A DNA stretch of 64,000 nt from Mizuhopecten yessoensis (lineage: Eukaryota). Positions 53,401 to 64,000 of the stretch are shown here, one piece after another; position 1 is the first letter of the stretch; each line of letters opens with the position of its first letter. Location of the stretch: positions 884,979 through 948,978 of the forward strand of contig NW_018408845.1 of assembly GCF_002113885.1 (NCBI RefSeq). Direction: 5' to 3'. The notes beneath the pieces were generated by a model. It was not told the origin of the DNA and made no database searches. It saw only the letters and a list, made by a program, of their open reading frames with translations. The position numbers and the translations under genes were made by a program.

Positions 53401-56400
53401 GTCTTGGATAATAATCCTATAGTGGATCCAACAGTTGATCCCTGTGGATTGCAAGACTCGGAACAGATGGTCGATGACAAGGTGACCAGCGATACATAAA
53501 AAAACATGAGTTGCTTTTCAGTTCATCTTGTCAGATTAATTTTACCGGGTGCTAGGTGTAATTTTGCAGAGGTGTTATCACACTGCTAAAATCTCGCAAA
53601 CTTTAAACACCCACTAAACACTATTTCCCATGCTATTATAACCCACTGTTCGAGAAGTCCAAGAAGTTCTGGAAGGAGCAGTGTTGTTACAAAGGTTAAT
53701 GTGTGTTATATTTTGGGAAATTTCCAACAATTCTCTGTCATCTGAGACCAGCAACAATTCAGTTCACAGATTAATTACTTATTAACACTTGATTAAAAAA
53801 CCCAATGAAATAAGTTATCTAGATGCCCTCCATACAATTACTTGGTATTAAAAGACAAAAGCAATCATGCTACTAGGACTGGCTCCTGGATCCAACCCTG
53901 CCCCTTATTGATAACATAAAAACACTTGATCCCAATCCTTTATCCATTCACACAATTGCTAGACTCGATAAATTTCTTATGCTATCAGGGTTGGCTCAGA
54001 GGGTTGGCGCAACCCCTGCTGTCTAAGTTCCTGAATCATAACTCGGGTAATATACACGTATGGATCTCATCTAAGCTGATAGGAATGAAATATAAAACAA
54101 ACCATTGAATGACACTACCAGGGTTTACCTTGGGGTCTGCCCCACCCCTTTGGACTATAGTCCTCAAGTTATTTCATAAAAAATTATTGATATTCTGACA
54201 CTATAACAAATTTCCAGTCATGCTACAAGAAATTGTCCCCTGTCAGCCTCGCTATTGGTGGTTTAGTCTGTGAGTCATAACATGGCAATGGTCGAGATTT
54301 GCAAAATTATCAGGCATGAAAGGAAAATCACAATCCTACTTGAGGTATCCTTGGGACCAGGAAATGAATTGTTATATGAAGGAAGGGGGTTGTCCTCTTT
54401 GGAACTGAGAGGCAGACCCCAAAAATGTTCAATATTTGTAATACATGTATTACTATTAATCCAAATACTGTTCAATGATTGTTTGAAACATCTCGGTGCA
54501 TGATTTTGTTGTAAGCCACACACCAATATCATGATAAAGCTATTCCATTAGTCTTACTGTACACATATGATGCCAGATAGTCGTGATATAATGAGACTTT
54601 ATTGACTTCTAGCAACCATCGGATGATGCAGAGAATACCAAGGTGAAGGTGGTTGTAGATAACTCGTACCTGTGTCAGTACTGTTGTGCTAAGTTCAGGA
54701 CGTACTTCCAGCTCAAGACACACATGGTTCATCACAAGGACCAGCAGGTAAAGACACACATGGTTAATCACAAGGACCAGCAGGTAAAGACCCACATGGT
54801 TAATCACAAGGACCAGCAGTCAGGACGTACTTCCAGCTCAAGACACACATGGTTCATCACAAGGACCAGCAGGTAAAGACACAGATGGTTAATCACAAGG
54901 ACCAGCAGGTAAAGGCACCCATGGTTAATCACAAGGACCAGCAGGTAAAGCCACATGGTTAATCACAAGGACCAGCAGGTAAAGACACAGATGGTTAATC
55001 ACAAGGACCAGCAGGTAAAGACCCACATGGTTAATCACAAGGACCAGCAGGTAAAGCCACATGGTTAATCACAAGGACCAGCAGTCAGGACGTACTTCCA
55101 GCTCAAGACACACATGGTTCATCACAAGGACCAGCAGGTAAAGACACAGATGGTTAATCACAAGGACCAGCAGGTAAAGCCACATGGTTAATCACAAGGA
55201 CCAGCAGGGAAAGACACACATATAGTAAATAACAAGGACCAGCAGGAAAAGACACACATGGTTAATCACCAGGACCAGCAGGTAAAGACACACATGGGTA
55301 ATCACAAGGACCAGCAGGTAAAGACACAGATGGTTAATCACAAGGACCAGCAGGTAAAGCCACATGGTTAATCACAAGGACCAGCAGGAAAAGACACACA
55401 TGGTTAATCACCAGGACCAGCAGGTAAAGACACACATGGTTAATCACAAGGTCCAGCAGGTAAAGGCACACATGGTTAATCACAAGGCCCAGCAGGTAAA
55501 GACACATGGTTAATCACAAGGACCAAGGTGAAGGTGGTTGTAGATAACTCGTACCTGTGTCAGTACTGTTGTGCTAAGTTCAGGACGTACTTCCAGCTCA
55601 AGACACACATGGTTCATCACAAGGACCAGCAGGTAAAGACACAGATGGTTAATCACAAGGACCAGCAGGTAAAGACCCACATGGTTAATCACAAGGACCA
55701 GCAGGAAAAGACACATGGTTAATCACAAGGACCAGCAGGGAAAGACACATGGTTAATCACAAGGACCAGCAGGTAAAGACACACATATAGTAAATAACAA
55801 GGACCAGCAGGTAAAGACACACATGGTAAATAACAAGGACCAGCAGGGAAAGACACACATGGTTAATCACAAGGACCACCAGGTAAAGACACACATGGTT
55901 AATCACAAGGACCAGCATGTAGAGACACATGGTTAATCACAAGGACCAGCAGGTAAAGGCACTCATGGTTAATCACAAGGACCAGCAGGTAGAGACACAC
56001 ATGGTAAATAACAAGGACCAGCAGGGAAAGACACACATATAGTAAATAACAAGGACCAGCAGGTAAAGACACACATGGTAAATACCAAGGACCAGCAGGT
56101 AAAGACACACATTGTTAATCACAAGGACCAGCAGGTAAAGGCACTCATGGTTAATCACAAGGACCAGCAGGTAAAGGCACACATGGTTAATCACAAGGAC
56201 CAGCAGGTAAATACTGACAGTTGGCAGCTTCGACATACTGCAAAAGAAGTTTTTAAGCCAAACTAAAAATTGTTTTGACATATCATGTTTTGCTTCTTCA
56301 ACTCTAATGGAACTTTATAGATTACATAAAGCTCCAGAAATGAAGATAAAAGTCACTGTATAGTTTTCAAGTGTAAACTGAAGTTCATATGTTTTGAACA

Positions 56401-59400
56401 CTCCCGAAAGAAGAACTTTCTTATGAATTTGTGAATCCGTTCAGTTATGTGTAATATGTACTGTATTATATTTGTAGGTATACAAGTGCGTAGTGAAGGA
56501 ATGTCAAGATACCTTCAAGGACCTTGACTCATTCCTGGAGCACATCAAGTCACATGATGAAGACATGTCCTACAGGTGTCATATGTGTAACAAGTTCTTC
56601 CCGACCTTGTATGACCTTGGTGTCCACCAGTACACTCACAGCCTTTACCCAAACCAGGGGATCAAGCCTGGCCCAAGGTCAGTCGAAGCACTCAATTAAA
56701 ACTTATACATTATTGGTGCGGCAGGTTTAATTGTACATCGGATTAAGGTAGCCTTCTAGCTTCGAGCTAGAGAGAATTTACCTTTAGCTCAGTGGTAGAG
56801 CGTCCGACTAGGAACTTGGGGATCAATGGTTTGATCCCCGTTGAAAGCACAATATTCCCTTTCCTGTTACATTGGTAACTATAGGTTAGGTTTATTGACA
56901 CCTTAGACACCTAACAATTAAAGTCAAATCTTGTAAGCTTAGGGATCAAAACTTTCTTTTTGCCACATGTAAAATTTTGCAAAATTTCACTCGCTAAATC
57001 AGAGGCTGACACACAAAACCTCATCATTACCGGTATATCGTGAATGAGCATCAACATGTGAAACTAAGAACAGATACAGTACTATGTCGGATGCTACATG
57101 GAATGTGACTGATGAATTTGCAGTGCTGTAGTTACTTTACTGTTAGACCTGCACAAATAATATAAGCACAGACCAGTGCATCAGGATTTAATTTAATGGG
57201 TCAAATTCGTATTTTGGGTTCTGAAACCGATTTGTAGAGTATCTCCTTTGTTCAACACTGTTAATAGTCAGTAATTCAAACTTACATGACAACATATCTC
57301 AAGGTTTATATTTCATACTTTTTTTTTCAGGCTGTACACTCAAAATCAAACAATCGCCATACAGTAGATGCTTCCACTATATCACTACACAGCATTCACC
57401 AGTATACAGTTAAAGTATGGGGTTCAGGGATATAGCAAGTTTCTGGTGTCCCAAGGTGAAGCCGAGGGAAATGGGCATGATCAAGGGACACCAGAAATTT
57501 GCTATATCCCTCAACACCATACTTTAACCGTTTTATTATACCGATACACACTGGAGTGATAGTTTTAACTAGAAAATATGTGTAAAACATCAGCTGTATA
57601 GCTTCACGTCCCAACTACCCTTTTGTAGAATGGAGCCAAATGCTTCCGAGTTCGGTAGCAAGCTCCTCCCACCTCGTGCGTCGCTTCTGAGTTCAGTAAC
57701 AAGCTCCGTCCAACTCTCACCAGATTGGCTTGGCAAAAACACCCGCGTGTAGGTGTGTTTTAGTTCCCAGACTAACACACAGGACTAAAACACAGTCAGG
57801 CAAAAGTGGGGATATATTCGTTTTTAACCAATTACTTTTATATAGAGTAAATAAAGTAGAGGTATATTAATCCTCAATCACAACCTGTATGTAAATGTGC
57901 TGACTGCAGTGGGATTTAACCTGTCCTCTTCATGAAAATTGTTCGAAATGACATCAACTTAAAAAAATACCCAATATTTAAGCTTGGTTTTCAGTTGATA
58001 CAATTATGAGCGTCACCATTAGAACCATGCTGTATGTTGGCAAATAGCACATTTGAGATGTGAATGCTATTTAAGCCCATAGAAACAGTTAAGAATGACA
58101 TTCGTGTTACTTTCAGACATTTCCAGTGTACCAAGTGTATGAACAAGTACTCAACCCCAGAAGCCTTAGAACATCACTTGGCAACCTCTACCCACAACCA
58201 CTCCTGTCCCCATTGTGAGAAAACATTCACCTGTGAGAGATACCTGAGGCGCCATCTTCCTTCCCATGGATCAGAAGGTAGGGAAATACGTAAAACATAC
58301 TCCAACTAGTGGGGTATTACACTTCTCTCCAATAAGTCCAAAACCAAAAAGAGTGCAAAACAATAAGTTGATTTCTGAAAGTTTCTATGCATGTGATTAT
58401 GTCATATGTCTGAAACAATTTGACAGCAAAAATTAAATAACCATAACATTTTTCAAAGAGAGATAGTGAATTGAAAAAGAAAACTAAGGACTCCAGGAAC
58501 TACCGGTACCAGTACATGGGTTGATCTGTCAAAGGGGTTAACTCTCTGGCCTTCCTCACAGATGGCTGGGAATAATCCCTGAAGTCATTGTAACATGGAT
58601 TTTCAGAGAAGGTATTTCTGTCCTACTTACTTAACTCCAATAACTCAAATACTTTGAATGCGTGGTACAATGCTGTTGCTGTGTCATCAGGTAAGATGGC
58701 ACTATACAAATGTTGCAACTGGAAACATTGCGCACTGCAAGACCGAGCGCTAAATTTCCTCCAGCGCACCTGTGGAGACATTTAGCCAGGTTGCATATGG
58801 CCAGTAGATAGCACATGTAGCACCTTATAAGGCAGTTACTGTGAATTACTTACATAGTATGAATGTATGAACTAAAGCCCATTTGGGTTTGGTTCTAGCT
58901 AGACAGGGTGTTATATCTCATTATAAAATGTACCATGATTATGCACTAAAAAAGTAATTTTGTTTTGCCTCCACAGGACAGTTCCAGTGTCCAACATGTG
59001 AGAAGAGGTTTAAGGGAGAACACTACCTAAAGATGCACATGTTAATCCACAGCGGGGAGAAACCATTCCAGTGTGATGTCTGTTCTGCTTCATTTAACAG
59101 AAAGGACAAGCTCAAACGACACATGCTAATACATGATTCTAACAAACGTTACCGGTGTCCCTTCAAAGCTCTCACAGGTACTGTACAACATATAGACACA
59201 TGTAGGAGAAATAATTAAAACTTCAAAAAAAGTGTAGAATCAAAATAATAAATACAGTTGCTTGGCAGACTGAAATTGTTATGGAATGTATTATGTAAGT
59301 TTTGATGTATTTAACATGAATTGCTTCATGTATTTTGATTTAATTTGGTAAGGAGAATCACGAAAATCACGAAGGTTTATTTAAGCTGACCTATATTTTG

Positions 59401-61230
59401 CATTGAGTCTGATCCTGAAATTCCTTGGATTTTTTTTGCCCCTTGAGAAAATTATTTCTCTCAGTAAAAACAATTTCATTGTATTCATGTTTCCTTAATG
59501 GAAGGGCAATACATATAATAACAATTTATAGAAATCAAATGTTTTGATATTAATAACCAAAACTCAATCTTGTGGGAGAAAATGGATCAGGAAGCATGAT
59601 TGCAAAAGTATCCTAATGCTGTATTTTTACGTATGACTTATCTGATCTGATCAGGGGCCGGGCCGCGATGGCCAAGTGGTTAAGGTGTCAGACATTCTGC
59701 TACCACTAGCCCTCCACCACTGGGTCGCGGGTTCGAGGCTTACGTGGGGCAGTTGCCTGGTACTGGCCGTAGGTCGGTGGTTTTTCTCCGGGAACTCTGG
59801 CTTTCCTCCACCACCAAAACCTGGCACGTCCTTAAATGACCATAGCTGTTAATAGGACGTAAAACCACAACAAACCAAACCATCTGATCTAATAAGATGT
59901 ACTGTTATATTGATAGAGTAAATGACTGACTTCTCATTGACCCATTCTCATGCATGGATATTATACATCATTTAATGTTGCTTATAACATTTAATCTGAT
60001 AAAAAATGGAATGATTTGTATGCATTGTTGATTTGCGTATATTATATTTATTAATTACATAGAGTGACACCCATGTTATCTTTATGTTCACTGTTTCTGT
60101 TTGTCATTTCAGGTTGTCAGAAAGAATTTAATCGTCCAGACAAATTAAAATCTCACATCCTAACACACAGTGGAATAAAGCCTTATAAGTGTCGCGAGTG
60201 TGGTCGCTCTTTTGGCCGGAAACCACATCTGAGAGAACACGAGCGTGGGCATAGAGCAGACTTCAAGTTCAAGTGTGAAACATGTGGAAAAGGCTTTTTC
60301 CGACCAAAGCTTTTTCAGTCTCATAAATGTCACCCATTAAAGCCTGGTCAGGCCCATGTATTTAAGCCACGAAATAAAAGGAAAGTTGGCCGTCCAAAAA
60401 AACGAGTTCCATCTGAAGCTGAGGGTGTCCGGGTAGAAAATACTATGACACTAGATAATAAAGAGGAGAAGTCGTCTACAACGCCAGACGCTACAGGAGA
60501 TGCCCACAATGTGATCGTTCAGGAAGAGAATGTGAGGAATGGATCAGGGGGTATATATGTGAATGAACAACTAGTGGTAGGATTGAATGACCACGAACAA
60601 GGGGGACAACTATCAAGCATACCTGAAAAGCGTGTTTCACGAAGCAGTAGCATAACATCATCAAGTAAAAAGCCTGATTTCTGTGTAAAGGTTAGTGCCC
60701 CTCCTCCTGTTCCGCCTGCTGTGGCGCCCAGGTATGTAACAGTACATATACAGAACAGCAACACTGCCACAGGCCAGGATATCCAAACACACTTAATGCC
60801 TCACCACTCCCAGCAACTCATGTCTCACCAGTCTGGAGCCAATGGCAGTATGCAGCCTATCACCATTATAGAGGCCCAACATGTCCCGATGCACCTTCCC
60901 ATGATGACAGGCCTGGACAACAGTATTGGAGAACCTATCACCATGCAAATGGCCACTGTGAGTGGTGCTGAATCCCTAGCACAGAGTGTGGCTGCTGTAG
61001 GGGGTGTTGTGAGTGAACTCATCCCTGTGGCTGTTGCCATGCAGGATAACTCCGACTCAATGGTGGCCACCCAAGTGGTTGTGACGTCCAACAGGGCCAG
61101 TGACCAAGGTTACATCACTAGTTCTGCCTCTCTAGAGGACTATGGGACACCAGATGGTGATCTAGTGTTACAGGGAACAGACAATCTTCTCAAGGCCCAT
61201 ACTGACATGTACCACTCTGCTCAACAGTAA
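47292..61230 (+). CDS. ZNF341: Zinc finger protein 341 homolog, ~1004 aa, 12 coding exons
   Basis: Exons 47292-47322, 48831-48905, 49835-50037, 50881-50985, 51685-51943, 52243-52505, 53218-53481, 54613-54747, 56478-56677, 58117-58277, 58977-59177, 60113-61230; phases consistent, 3015 nt. N-terminus MAQTFLE...[14 protein letters not shown]...[15 protein letters not shown] and fingers [73 protein letters not shown] and [14 protein letters not shown] match ZNF341 as recalled. Confidence 0.93.
48640..48779 (-). mobile_element. tRNA-like solo LTR (Helenus-like)
   Basis: Minus strand TGAAGCGGAACTGG...AGCTCAATTGGTAGAGCG (A box)...GGTTCAAACCC (B box)...CCTGTTACA; same layout as the LTRs at 19494. 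Confidence 0.7.
48916..49150. repeat. 21-bp minisatellite (TATCACTGTTATGATATATCC)
   Basis: ~11 units starting just after the ZNF341 exon 2 donor. Confidence 0.95.
50318..50788. mobile_element. hAT-like MITE, family C, copy 1
   Basis: TAGTGTTG...CAACACTA termini; near-matching flanks TATTAAGA / TATTAGAT; homologous to 52507-52935. Confidence 0.85.
51273..51401. mobile_element. Small TIR element with internal 14-bp repeats
   Basis: ATTAAAATACAGCTCCTCATTAT / ATAATGAGGAGCTGTATTTCAAT inverted ends enclosing (TCTACTATCATCGT)n. Confidence 0.65.
52507..52935. mobile_element. hAT-like MITE, family C, copy 2, inserted at the ZNF341 exon 6 splice donor
   Basis: TAGTGTTG...CAACACTA termini; perfect 8-bp TSD ACACAAGG (52499-52506 / 52936-52943). 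Confidence 0.92.
54715..56210 (+). repeat. ~36-bp tandem array derived from the ZNF341 exon 8 3' end plus donor site
   Basis: Unit AAGACACACATGGTTAATCACAAGGACCAGCAGGTA, about 40 copies, with an embedded longer exon copy at 55522-55632. Confidence 0.95.
56732..56875 (+). mobile_element. Degenerate tRNA-like LTR followed by a PBS remnant
   Basis: TGTAC...TAGCTCAGTGGTAGAGCG (A box)...GGTTTGATCCC (B box)...CCTGTTACA|TTGG. Confidence 0.65.
57407..57530. mobile_element. Foldback/palindromic element
   Basis: ~45-bp arms CAGTTAAAGTATGGGGTTCAGGGATATAGCAAGTTTCTGGTGTCCC / GGGACACCAGAAATTTGCTATATCCCTCAACACCATACTTTAACCG. Confidence 0.7.
59654..59881 (+). mobile_element. tRNA-derived SINE with a V-domain-like core
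   Basis: A box TGGCCAAGTGG, B box GGTTCGAGGC, central GGTGGTTTTTCTCCGGGAACTCTGGCTTTCCTCCACC (V-SINE-like), (CAAAC)n tail, ATCTGATC-type direct repeat on both flanks. Confidence 0.85.
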
Positions 61231-61448
61231 TGTCTGGGAGAGGACTATTGGACACCAAATGGTGATCTAGTGTTACAGGGAACAGACAATTTTCTCAAGG
61301 CCCATACTGACATGTACCACTCTGCTCAACACTAATGTCTGGAAGAGGACTATGGGACACCAGATGGTGATCTAGTGTTACAGGGAACAGACAATCTTCT
61401 CAAGGCCCATACTGACATGTACCACTCTGCTCAACAGTAATGTCTGGG
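61135..61448 (+). repeat. Three 105-bp tandem copies of the ZNF341 C-terminus and stop codon
   Basis: GAGGACTATGGGACACCAGATGG...CAACAGTAATGTCTGG starting at 61135, 61240 and 61345. Confidence 0.95.
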
Positions 61449-62316
61449 TTAGGTTCTTATATCCACCATTAATCTTTCTAGGTACCATTCTGGACACGAT
61501 TACACATTCATTCTCAAATTCTTTCTTTAAAGCACCTTCTATACTGATTCAAATAAAATACTGCATTTTTCAGTTTTGCTCAATCAAAAATTCTTGCACA
61601 ACGATTGGTGATATTGTAGGTAGTGAATCCTAATAAATACTACCAAGGGCCTGTCTATAACATTGCTGAGCAAAATCTGGTGAATTCGGAGCTACTAGAT
61701 TTTTTTGCTCCATTTAATACATAAAGTAAAGAGTCAAGTCATTGTGACTTGCTGCTTTATTACTTTGATTTTGAGCATCTGTTACGTATACCTCTTTGTA
61801 TTCATGTGGTTTAACATAGAATAACTGTTTTCATATATAATAGGTGTTGCTTATAGCATTGCTTGTATTTCATTCTGCGTTAATTGGATTAAGCATTAAG
61901 CCAACTTAAACTGCTACTAGAAAATACCATTGATTTGTAATCCCAAGATTGTTCTTAGAAGCCTCTGCTTAACAAGAAATGTGCACTTCTTGTTTATTTG
62001 CAAATTACATATTACTTGGCAGCAGTACATAAGAAGAAATACTATTTTGAATGTGTTTAGTTTCACCATTTACAGGAAAGGCTAGATAGCAAGGATCTTA
62101 TTCTTTTACACATTACACTGTATTAGCAACTGAAAGATGTTCATATCTGAATAAGCAGAAAAATAAACACAAGAGATGCAAAGTAAGGAGGCACCTATTT
62201 AAAACTTTAGTGAGTTGATGCAGACAGCCAGACATTGTAGCATTTTTACAGAACCATTTTGCTGTTTCCAGAAAGTCATCTAGAGCAAACCGGGAAATTA
62301 AATGACACCTTGGGAA

Positions 62317-64000
62317 ACTGTGAAGTAGCCCTGTCATAATGGACAGCAGACAGTCTATAAAATAGTCCCCGAGTCTCTCCTACACATTTATACCAGCCTC
62401 TACTGTGAAGTAGCCCTGTCATAATGGACACCAGACAGTCTATAAAATAGTCCCCGAGTCTCTCCTACACATTTATACCAGNNNNNNNNNNNNNNNNNNN
62501 NNNNNNNNNNNNNNNNNNNNNNNNNNNNNNNNNNNNNNNNNNNNNNNNNNNNNNNNNNNNNNNNNNNNNNNNNNNNNNNNNNNNNNNNNNNNNNNNNNNN
62601 NNNNNNNNNNNNNNNNNNNNNNNNNNNNNNNNNNNNNNNNNNNNNNNNNNNNNNNNNNNNNNNNNNNNNNNNNNNNNNNNNNNNNNNNNNNNNNNNNNNN
62701 NNNNNNNNNNNNNNNNNNNNNNNNNNNNNNNNNNNNNNNNNNNNNNNNNNNNNNNNNNNNNNNNNNNNNNNNNNNNNNNNNNNNNNNNNNNNNNNNNNNN
62801 NNNNNNNNNNNNNNNNNNNNNNNNNNNNNNNNNNNNNNNNNNNNNNNNNNNNNNNNNNNNNNNNNNNNNNNNNNNNNNNNNNNNNNNNNNNNNNNNNNNN
62901 NNNNNNNNNNNNNNNNNNNNNNNNNNNNNNNNNNNNNNNNNNNNNNNNNNNNNNNNNNNNNNNNNNNNNNNNNNNNNNNNNNNNNNNNNNNNNNNNNNNN
63001 NNNNNNNNNNNNNNNNNNNNNNNNNNNNNNNNNNNNNNNNNNNNNNNNNNNNNNNNNNNNNNNNNNNNNNNNNNNNNNNNNNNNNNNNNNNNNNNNNNNN
63101 NNNNNNNNNNNNNNNNNNNNNNNNNNNNNNNNNNNNNNNNNNNNNNNNNNNNNNNNNNNNNNNNNNNNNNNNNNNNNNNNNNNNNNNNNNNNNNNNNNNN
63201 NNNNNNNNNNNNNNNNNNNNNNNNNNNNNNNNNNNNNNNNNNNNNNNNNNNNNNNNNNNNNNNNNNNNNNNNNNNNNNNNNNNNNNNNNNNNNNNNNNNN
63301 NNNNNNNNNNNNNNNNNNNNNNNNNNNNNNNNNNNNNNNNNNNNNNNNNNNNNNNNNNNNNNNNNNNNNNNNNNNNNNNNNNNNNNNNNNNNNNNNNNNN
63401 NNNNNNNNNNNNNNNNNNNNNNNNNNNNNNNNNNNNNNNNNNNNNNNNNNNNNNTGAAGTAGCCCTGTCATAATGGACACCAGACAGTCTATAAAATAGT
63501 CCCCGAGTCTCTCCTACACATTTATACCAGCCTCTACTGTGAAGTAGCCCTGTCATAATGGACAGCAGACAGTCTATAAAATAGTCCCCGAGTCTCTCCT
63601 ACACATTTATACCAGCCTCTACTGTGAAGTACCCCTGTCATAATGGACACCAGACAGTCTATAAAATAGTCCCCGAGTCTCTCCCACACATTTATACCAG
63701 CCTCTACTTTGAAGTAGCCCTGTCATAATGGACACCAGACAGTCTATAAAATAGTCCCCGAGTCTCTCCTACACATTTATCCCAGCCTCTACTTTGAAGT
63801 AGCCCTGTCAAAATGGACACTAGACAGTCTATAAAATAGTCCCCGAGTCTCTCCCACACATTTATACCAGCCTCTACTTTGAAGTAGCCCTGTCATAATA
63901 GACACTAGACAGTCTATAAAATAGTCCCCGAGTCTCTCCTACACATTTATACCAGCCTCTACTGTGAAGTATCCCTGTCATAATGGACAGCAGACAGTCT
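62317..64000. repeat. 85-bp tandem satellite spanning an assembly gap (62482-63454)
   Basis: Period of 85 (62318 to 62403; 63541 to 63626). Confidence 0.95.

Overview
AT-rich, intron-containing animal genomic DNA; the repeat families suggest a bivalve mollusc (inference). It holds five protein-coding genes: (1) the 5' part of TRIM71/lin-41 (- strand, runs off the window start); (2) an intronless GFOD1/2-like oxidoreductase (-); (3) a 4-exon methionine sulfoxide reductase A (+) whose catalytic residue is an in-frame UGA (G-U-F-W), i.e. a selenoprotein; (4) a 14-exon GALNS sulfatase (-) with a GC-AG last intron; (5) a 12-exon ZNF341 (+), head-to-head with GALNS. The MsrA last exon, 3'UTR and SECIS are tandemly duplicated, giving two complete terminal cassettes. 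Between and inside the genes are many tandem arrays (20-156 bp units), MITEs, Helentron-associated (HINE) elements, a V-domain tRNA SINE, and an intact miniature LTR element whose LTRs carry a tRNA-like Pol III promoter. Other notable points: a hAT MITE that rebuilt a ZNF341 splice donor, and a ~40-fold tandem amplification of another ZNF341 donor. Most ORF-track entries are spurious (repeats, N gaps, antisense frames). All gene models were read by eye; homology calls rely on recalled family sequences, not searches.
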